Source: Gemmatimonadota bacterium
Lineage (GTDB): Bacteria > Gemmatimonadota > Gemmatimonadetes > Gemmatimonadales > GWC2-71-9
Assembly (NCBI GenBank): GCA_039588295.1
Contig: JBDHAB010000060.1
Coordinates: forward strand, 1 to 15,272
Direction of reading: 5' to 3'
DNA length: 15,272 nucleotides
A model generated the notes under the pieces. It ran no database searches. It was not told the DNA's origin and worked only from the letters and a program-made list of their open reading frames with translations. Below, piece by piece: positions 8,477 to 14,509 of the stretch (the stretch's first letter is position 1; each line of letters begins with the position of its first letter). Position numbers and translations under genes: made by a program.

Positions 8477-8677
8477 TTACTGGTTCAGCGACAGATCCCA
8501 GACATAATCCACGTGTGAATCGCAAATCGCAAGGAACTCCCGCAACAACTCCGGTTGCTCGTTATCGAGGTCTTCCCAGAGCTTGTCCCAGTAGTCGAGG
8601 ACGGCCTTGTAGTCGGCCGCGTCCAGCACCAGCGCCCGCCGGAACCGCCCGCCGATGTAATGCAGCGTCAGTAGCCG
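8477..8677 (-). pseudogene. 5'-truncated remnant: C-terminal 66 codons of a hypothetical protein
   Basis: Open frame RLLTLHYIGGRFRRALVLDAADYKAVLDYWDKLWEDLDNEQPELLREFLAICDSHVDYVWDLSLNQ*. Composition and G/C third positions look protein-coding. It ends at TAA just before the 8411-8442 terminator, but is bounded upstream by TAG (8678-8680) with no ATG. Confidence 0.6.
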
Positions 8678-8703
8678 CTACGACTCCCAAGTTGAACACT
8701 CGA

Positions 8704-8730
8704 CGGGGCGGTCCACCAAGGACCGCCCCG
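8704..8730 (-). terminator. GC-rich 11-bp hairpin downstream of the lipoprotein gene (terminator, or core of an attC-like element)
   Basis: CGGGGCGGTCC-ACCAA-GGACCGCCCCG, extendable to 8701-8734 with one bulge. The U-tract is weak. Confidence 0.55.
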
Positions 8731-8769
8731 CTCGTTTAGCAGACAGATCTCAGGCGTTGGACCGAAGGG

Positions 8770-9165
8770 CTACGTCCGCCTCACGGGTTGCACCGTGGAG
8801 ATCGAGAAGTTCTGCTCGACGATCAGCTCCACGTCGTCGCCCTCGGTGTAGAACACGGGCCGTGACAGGAACGTGTTCCCGCCTCGGAACGGCACCACCT
8901 GGACCTGGAGCTCGCCGGCCGTGTCGAGCCAGGGCGGCATGTCGGCCGTCATCTCTTGGAGTCCGATGACCGTCGCGACGCGCCACCGGTGACCGTCCGC
9001 CAGGACATAGACGTCCACGACCAGATTGCTGTTGTTCTTGATGAGCAGCTTGGTAGCCGCCTCCTCTTCCGGCGTCGTCTCCCCCACCCCGCTCCGTGGC
9101 GCACAGCCGACCAGGACCACCGTGAGCACGAGTAGCAGCGGATTGATCAGAGTCCGTGGTCGCAT
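8770..9165 (-). CDS. hypothetical lipoprotein, 131 aa, predicted beta-rich domain
   Basis: Strong RBS AGGAGGA at 9177-9171, ATG 9165, lipobox MRPRTLINPLLLVLTVVLVG-C. Beta-strand pattern LLIKNNSNLVVDVYVL..G.RWRVATV..GDDVELIV. Confidence 0.85.
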   Translation of the reverse strand: MRPRTLINPLLLVLTVVLVGCAPRSGVGETTPEEEAATKLLIKNNSNLVVDVYVLADGHRWRVATVIGLQEMTADMPPWLDTAGELQVQVVPFRGGNTFLSRPVFYTEGDDVELIVEQNFSISTVQPVRRT

Positions 9166-9234
9166 GGTGTTCCTCCTGGGAAACGGCGGTCGGGTTTCTA
9201 TACCCCGGGAGGGCGTGAGGGTGGCGAACGGAAA

Positions 9235-9290
9235 GGGAGAAGGGAGAGGGGAGAAGGGATAGGTGGTAGGCAATCGGCAATGGGCAAATT
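9235..9290 (+). repeat. degenerate tandem heptamer repeats with polypurine/G4 motif
   Basis: GGGAGAA GGGAGAG GGGAGAA GGGATAG GTGGTAG GCAATCG GCAATGG GCAAATT. Confidence 0.75.
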
Positions 9291-9317
9291 GACACTACGG
9301 CGTTGCCGGCGTAGCGT
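9289..9317 (+). promoter_or_regulatory. sigma70-type promoter for the PGBD gene
   Basis: TTGACA (9289-9294), 17-nt spacer, TAGCGT (9312-9317). RBS GAGGAG about 6 nt before ATG 9374. Confidence 0.65.
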
Positions 9318-9373
9318 CTCTGTCGGGCGTCGACACCCATGCCATCCGGCCGTCTGAGGAGAGGAGCATACCC

Positions 9374-10108
9374 ATGGCAAGAACGATTTCCAGGAACGTC
9401 GGCAGGGCGGCGGCCAACCGGCATGATGATGTCGTGACTGTCCAGGAATTGCTCAACCGAGTCCCCTCAAGCGAAGGCGGTCCCCAGCCCAAACTCAAGG
9501 TGGACGGCCTTTGCGGGCCGAAAACCAAGGCAGCCATTCAGAAGTTTCAGCTCCATCACTTTGGCTGGAGCGGCGCTGATGGCCGAGTCGACCCAGGACA
9601 GCGAACCATCACCAAACTGAACGAGTACGACCGTACGGTGAAGCCGAAGTTCAGAACCACGTTGTTTACCATCAAGCCACCCGATGACAACGAGATCCGG
9701 CTTGCCACAGACAGCTACCAGTGGTGGTTCGAGGTGAAGGAGCGCCAATACCGCGGGGAACGTCCACACATGTACTGTTTGGGCAACGTGGGTGCTTCTT
9801 TCAGCCCGTTTTTCTTCTCCGGAACGCCCCGTCATTTCAAAACCATTCGCCCTCATGCGGCCAGCGAGTTGGATTGTCCGGCATCGTACAAGACCTATCA
9901 GCACCGTTACCCCGGGCCGCAAGGTCAAACTTTCATGGAGTGGCGAAGTTACCTGGAGTTGCGACTTCCTTCCGGAACTGTTCGGATCCCGTTCGACTCC
10001 CATTTGGTCGAGCCGGACTTTGACGGCCACAGGAGACGCAGCTCCTACGAACGGCGTGGCCAATTCTATTTGTTTCGCGACTATTATCGGTATCATAAGA
10101 ATGAATGA
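9374..10108 (+). CDS. peptidoglycan-binding-domain (PG_binding_1-like) protein with an unrecognised C-terminal domain
   Basis: N-terminal NRHDDVVTVQELLN..GGP..LKVDGLCGPKTKAAIQKFQ..ADGRVDPGQRTITKL is a PGBD-type motif. Strong RBS, no signal peptide. The C-terminal ~155 aa were not recognised. Confidence 0.82.
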   Translation: MARTISRNVGRAAANRHDDVVTVQELLNRVPSSEGGPQPKLKVDGLCGPKTKAAIQKFQLHHFGWSGADGRVDPGQRTITKLNEYDRTVKPKFRTTLFTIKPPDDNEIRLATDSYQWWFEVKERQYRGERPHMYCLGNVGASFSPFFFSGTPRHFKTIRPHAASELDCPASYKTYQHRYPGPQGQTFMEWRSYLELRLPSGTVRIPFDSHLVEPDFDGHRRRSSYERRGQFYLFRDYYRYHKNE

Positions 10109-10159
10109 GGGGGCTTGTCAGGACGACTTGGATGTGCGCTCCACCGCCCACGGTTCTCC

Positions 10160-11323
10160 TTAGAACGCCTCGCCGAAGGCCAGGTAGAAGCCACCCGAGC
10201 CCACATCGAACCCCCACCCGTAGTCCGCCCGGATGTTGAGACCCGCACTTGGACTGAGTGCGAACCGCAGCCCCAGGCCCGCCGACGGCTTGAACCCGTC
10301 GAGCGTGAACGCATCCCGCACGCTCGCCACCTGACCGGCTCCCACGAATCCAACGACGCCGATTCTCCACCACACCGGAACGCGGTACTCGGCCTGAAAC
10401 GCCACCAGATTCCGGTCGCGAAAGCGTCCGGCGAAATACCCGCGGAGCAGCACATCGCCCCCGAGCTGCGGCAGGAGTTCGAAGGGTGGCTCGCCGGTCA
10501 CCGCCTGGCCGAGGGCTCTCAACGCGAGCACGTGCCGGGTCAGCGGGCTGAGATACATACGCAGGTCGAGCGTGTACTGACCGAAGTCGAACTCGCTCCC
10601 GAAGAGCCCATCGGCGAACGCCGCGCGAAGCTGGTGGTAGCTCCCCCTACTCGGCGCGACCGTGTTGTTGCGCGTGTCGCGGGTCACCAACGCACCGACA
10701 CTGACGAACCGCCCATCCGCCGAGCCGGGAACGGCCCCGCCGGCGAGCATCCCGCCCTCCTGGACCTCCGAGAGCCTCCGGTGACCGAGCTGAGCTGACG
10801 CGCCCAGGTACCATCCCAGAAACGCCTCCCATTGGAACTCGCCGGCGAGAGTGAATGTCCTCGGTGTGTAGTCCTCCTCGAGGGAGTCCGGCGCTTCGTT
10901 TCCGAGACCCCAGAACTTGGTGGGGAACTTGCTGTACCCGACGGCGCCCAGCAGCCGGAACCGTCGCCCCGCACCGAAGTAAACCTCGGCGCCGAGCTCG
11001 GCGATGATCTGCTTCTTGGTGGTGTAAATGCCGATAAGCCCGATCGAGGACGGAACGATTCTCGCTGACTGCCCCGCCCCCCCGTACATGTAGTACGCCG
11101 CCGCGGCGCCAAACCCCGTACCCGTCTCCGGTTGATAGAACAGCACGGGCAACGGTACCAGGGTGTTGCCGGGAGACGCCGTCGTATCGGCGGTCGAATC
11201 CTGCTGGGCTGCGATCGGGCTGGTAACACCGAGCGTACAGAGCACGGCGATCACACAACCGACCATGGTCGGAAGCCGGGGTGCCACACAGCACCTACGT
11301 GGCGACGGCCAATGGTTGTTCAT
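10160..11323 (-). CDS. Omp85/BamA-TamA superfamily surface-antigen beta-barrel protein lacking POTRA domains
   Basis: LPVLFYQPETGTGFG N-terminal motif directly after the signal peptide (..LGVTSPIAA-QQ). DTRNNTVAPSRG, LGGDVLLRGYFAGRFRD (loop-6 (V/L)RG(Y/F) motif), NIRADYGWG, C-terminal beta-signal FYLAFGEAF. The start is uncertain: 11323 has GGAG upstream, and 11398 and 11266 are alternatives. Confidence 0.9.
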   Translation of the reverse strand: MNNHWPSPRRCCVAPRLPTMVGCVIAVLCTLGVTSPIAAQQDSTADTTASPGNTLVPLPVLFYQPETGTGFGAAAAYYMYGGAGQSARIVPSSIGLIGIYTTKKQIIAELGAEVYFGAGRRFRLLGAVGYSKFPTKFWGLGNEAPDSLEEDYTPRTFTLAGEFQWEAFLGWYLGASAQLGHRRLSEVQEGGMLAGGAVPGSADGRFVSVGALVTRDTRNNTVAPSRGSYHQLRAAFADGLFGSEFDFGQYTLDLRMYLSPLTRHVLALRALGQAVTGEPPFELLPQLGGDVLLRGYFAGRFRDRNLVAFQAEYRVPVWWRIGVVGFVGAGQVASVRDAFTLDGFKPSAGLGLRFALSPSAGLNIRADYGWGFDVGSGGFYLAFGEAF

Positions 11324-11398
11324 TCTCGACTCCATGGCTGACTGCGGCATCATACGGTCCGGCCTGCGTCTCGCAAGGGCGATGGGGTGCATCCGCAT

Positions 11399-12655
11399 CT
11401 AGCGCCGCAGCCGGCCGTGCCGGGCCATGATCTCTGTCAGCTGATCGTGGGGGAGCGCATACACACGAATCCCGTTTGCACCCGTCATGGTCTCCGCCGC
11501 AACGAGTGCGTTCAGGATGGCCTCTTCGGTAGCCTGGACCGTTGCCTCGAACAGGTCGTTCATCTGATCGTTCGGAAGCATCACGATGTTCACGGGCTCA
11601 GCGATCTCCCCGATGGCAGCATTGGCGGTGGAAAAGGCGAGGAAGATGTCACCGGAAGAGTTCTCCCCCAATCCACCCATCCGGCCCACAGCCAGCGATG
11701 CTCTCCTCGTAAGGCGCTTGAGCTGGTGAGGGAGGAGCGGTGCATCCGTGGCCACGACGATGATGATCGAGCCCTGGCCAGACTGCGGCGTATCCCCGGG
11801 GGCCTGACGGTCGCCGCAGGATCGTATCCAGCGCCGATTCTCCGGAAGGGAATCCGGCTCCATCTCGGTGCAGGGCCAGAGTGCGTCGTTCCGCAGCTCC
11901 TCGCCGACGGGCACGCCATCGACTCGGAGACGCTGTCGCTGTCCATAGTTGCATTGGACCAGCACGCCGACGGTGTATCCGCCGCGGCCCGACGGAAGCA
12001 CACGGGACGCCGTGCCAATGCCTCCTTTCAACGCATGGCACATCATTCCCGTGCCACCACCGACGTTCCCCTCCGCGACCGGGCCACCTGCGGCGGCGTC
12101 CAGCGCCTCAAAGACGTGGGCCGGCCGGACGTGAAAGCCGTTCATGTCGCTGAGGAATCCATCCGCCGTCTCCGTAACGACCGGCAGCGCAAACGAGAAT
12201 CCGGAGCGGTGGCTCAGCATCCACTCGATCACCGCGTCATGCGCCACGCCCACACTGTGCGTATTCGTGATCACGAGCGGGGTGCCGAGAATTCCCGATT
12301 CTTCGAGCCAGGCAATGCCCGTCATCTCTCCGTTGCCGTTGAGGGAGTACCAGGCGGCGAACACGGAGTCCGGTCCCGATTGGCCTCTTGGCAGGATGGC
12401 GGTCACGCCGGTGCGCACGGGGCCTTTGCCCACCTCGAGGCGCCCGGATCCCGAAATGAGGGTCGCGTGTCCCACCGCTACGCCTGCGACATCCGTAATG
12501 GCATTGTGGGCGCCGGGTTGGCCTGGCAGCACGATTCCCAAATCACGTGCTCTGGGCTTGTCCTGCGCAGCGAGACGGGGAGCAACTCCAAGTAACGTTG
12601 CGGCGATGACGACGAGCAACAGTGTGCTCACACGCGTTTCGTTCAAGGACCTCAT
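11399..12655 (-). CDS. DmpA/BapA-like P1 (formerly S58) aminopeptidase, Ntn self-processing, with signal peptide
   Basis: RARDLGI..PG..NAITDVAGVAVGH, GPVRTGVTAILP, LNGNGEMTG, ITNTHSVG, LPVVTET.DG.LSD, EGNVGGGTGM, G|SIIIVVATDAPL cleavage site, SSGDIFLAFST. RBS GGAGGA at 12665-12660. Confidence 0.95.
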   Translation of the reverse strand: MRSLNETRVSTLLLVVIAATLLGVAPRLAAQDKPRARDLGIVLPGQPGAHNAITDVAGVAVGHATLISGSGRLEVGKGPVRTGVTAILPRGQSGPDSVFAAWYSLNGNGEMTGIAWLEESGILGTPLVITNTHSVGVAHDAVIEWMLSHRSGFSFALPVVTETADGFLSDMNGFHVRPAHVFEALDAAAGGPVAEGNVGGGTGMMCHALKGGIGTASRVLPSGRGGYTVGVLVQCNYGQRQRLRVDGVPVGEELRNDALWPCTEMEPDSLPENRRWIRSCGDRQAPGDTPQSGQGSIIIVVATDAPLLPHQLKRLTRRASLAVGRMGGLGENSSGDIFLAFSTANAAIGEIAEPVNIVMLPNDQMNDLFEATVQATEEAILNALVAAETMTGANGIRVYALPHDQLTEIMARHGRLRR

Positions 12656-12709
12656 GGAATCCTCCAGTATCGACGATGTATCGACGTTCCCGGCTGGCGG
12701 CTTCGCGTC

Positions 12710-14212
12710 TCAGCTGCTGGCGCCGGTGTTGATGCGGCTGCTGCCGGCAGCCCGCGCCCGGACGCTCGCCATCTCCTCCAGGGCGCCGTCGGGCGGCTTG
12801 GTGAACATGCTCACACCGATCGTGACCGCGAAGCCCACGAAGAAGCCGGGCAGCATCTCGTACAGATCGTAGAATCGCTCTTTGACCAACAGCACCCACA
12901 GTACGGTGGTGAGGAAACCAGCCACCATGCCGGCTATCGCACCCGCCCGTGTCGTTCCACTCCAGAAGAGCGAGCAGAGCACGACCGGAGCGAACGCGGC
13001 GGCAATGCCCGACCAGGCGAAGAGCACGAACCAGAAGATGACGCGTACCTCGGGCAGGGCCAGCGCCACGGCCCCAATCCCGATCACGGCCGTAGTGAGT
13101 CTTCCCAATAGCGAGAACTGCCGCTCGGAGAGCTTCGGGTGAAACACCTTCTGCACCACATCTCTCACTACCGCCGACGAGGCCAAGATGAGCAATGAAT
13201 CCACTGTCGACATGATGGCCGCCAGTACGATGACGAGAAAGATCCCCGTGAAGACGGCGGGAAACAGATCCGCGCTCATCGTGGGGAGAATCGTCTCGGG
13301 GTCGGCCAGACCCTGAAACAGTGCTCGACCCGCCATTCCAGCAAACACCGCCCCGACGTCGAACACCACGATACACACCACGGCAATGACGCTACCGTCC
13401 ACGATCTCCGACGGTCGCCGAGCAGAGATGAAGCGGGTGAGCAGCTGGGGAGCACCGAGAAACGCGAGACCAATCCCGACGAACCCGAGGGCGCTGGCCA
13501 CCCCAGCAGCGGACAAGCCCAGCTCACCCATGGGTCTGAGCAGGTTGGGATCGATCTCGTGCAATCGGGACATGAGCGACGGCCAGCCGCCCGCCGCCGC
13601 GATTCCCACGATCGGTAGCGCGAGCAGCCCAGTGAACATGAGCACGCCGTGCAGGAGATCGTTGTACGCCACCGCCTTGAACCCGCCCACCGTGGTGTAG
13701 AACAGAATGAACACCGCTCCCAGCAGCACGCCGACTTGGTAGCTCGTTCCCAGAAACGATCCGAAGGCCTTGCCGGAGGCCGTGAGCTGGGCCGCGGTAT
13801 ACGCCGTCACCATGCTCAAGACAATCACTACGCTCACCAAGCGGATCACGTGCCGCGTGTCGTGAAACCGTGCTTCGAGATAGTCGGGGACCGTGATCGA
13901 GTCGTAGCGGTCGGTGTACTCCTTGAACCGGAGACCCACGAACACCCACGCGAGGGCAACACCCAGTACTTCACCCAGTACGATCCAGAGCGCATGGATT
14001 CCCACCAGGTACCCCATGCCGGTGAGACCGAGCAGGAGCCAGGCACTCTCGCCCGTCGCGTTCGAGCTGAAGGCGATCACCCAGGAAGGGAGTTTCTTGC
14101 CTGCCACGAAGTAGCCGGCGACGCTACGCGACTCCCTGCTTGCCCAAAGCCCGATGGCGAGAAGGACCACGCCGTACACCGCAAGCACGGCGACGATCGA
14201 CGAGGAAGGCAC
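12710..14212 (-). CDS. putP: sodium:solute symporter, sodium/proline (PutP-like) subfamily
   Basis: YFVAGKKL..WVIAFS..ATGESAWLLLGLTG, ITVPDYLEARF, YTTVGGFKAVAYND, LGAPQLLTRF, LAAIMSTVDSLL..SS, AWSGIAAAFAP, YEMLPGF. About 13 hydrophobic segments. GTG start. The substrate is not certain. Confidence 0.9.
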   Translation of the reverse strand: MPSSSIVAVLAVYGVVLLAIGLWASRESRSVAGYFVAGKKLPSWVIAFSSNATGESAWLLLGLTGMGYLVGIHALWIVLGEVLGVALAWVFVGLRFKEYTDRYDSITVPDYLEARFHDTRHVIRLVSVVIVLSMVTAYTAAQLTASGKAFGSFLGTSYQVGVLLGAVFILFYTTVGGFKAVAYNDLLHGVLMFTGLLALPIVGIAAAGGWPSLMSRLHEIDPNLLRPMGELGLSAAGVASALGFVGIGLAFLGAPQLLTRFISARRPSEIVDGSVIAVVCIVVFDVGAVFAGMAGRALFQGLADPETILPTMSADLFPAVFTGIFLVIVLAAIMSTVDSLLILASSAVVRDVVQKVFHPKLSERQFSLLGRLTTAVIGIGAVALALPEVRVIFWFVLFAWSGIAAAFAPVVLCSLFWSGTTRAGAIAGMVAGFLTTVLWVLLVKERFYDLYEMLPGFFVGFAVTIGVSMFTKPPDGALEEMASVRARAAGSSRINTGASS

Positions 14213-14213
14213 G

Positions 14214-14327
14214 CTACGGGCCTTCCCGCCTGCGATGTCTCAGGTAGAAGACGGTAACCAGGGTGAGGCCGGGTCCGACGGCTGCCATGAGCAGCAACCA
14301 GCTACTGAAGGGTAGTCCCGCAATCAT
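14214..14327 (-). CDS. 37-aa small membrane protein, putative SSS-transporter accessory subunit
   Basis: MIAGLPFSSWLLLMAAVGPGLTLVTVFYLRHRRREGP*: one hydrophobic segment plus a basic tail. The stop codon is 1 nt before the symporter GTG (TAG-C-GTG). A TAGCTT -10-like hexamer sits at 14361-14356. Confidence 0.75.
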   Translation of the reverse strand: MIAGLPFSSWLLLMAAVGPGLTLVTVFYLRHRRREGP

Positions 14328-14390
14328 GTAGGACGATCTCGGCTGGGGCTGGCCTAAGCTACGGACCGGTCGGGGGGTGAGCTAGGCGGG

Positions 14391-14461
14391 ACGGCACGGC
14401 GGCAAGTCGCCGCTTTGAGGATCAAGGAATGCTCACGGCAGTCTCGCCGCAACCGTTATGG
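14391..14461. repeat. long imperfect hairpin in the intergenic region
   Basis: GCGGCAAG-T-CGCCG-CTT-TGAGGAT-[CAAGGA]-ATGCTCA-CGGCA-GT-CTCGCCGC (14399-14450), flanked by ACGGC / ACCGTTATGG. Confidence 0.55.
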
Positions 14462-14509
14462 CTTCATTCAACCGCCATGAGCGATTCACGCGGCTTCCAT
14501 GCCTGGGCC

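Noticed and set aside
8678..8680. TAG read-through or recoding to extend the remnant ORF
   Set aside because: The upstream frame runs into the hairpin with no protein-like sequence, and TAG is used as a normal stop by several genes in the window.
9235..9290. Repeat tract or the hairpin series as a CRISPR array
   Set aside because: No identical 23-47-nt repeats with unique spacers, and no cas genes.
9467..10096. 209-aa antisense ORF as an immunity gene for the PGBD protein
   Set aside because: Fully nested on the opposite strand of a gene with clear domain, RBS and promoter, and it has no motif.
11387..12872. 402-aa and 242-aa + strand ORFs
   Set aside because: Antisense shadows of dmpA and the symporter.
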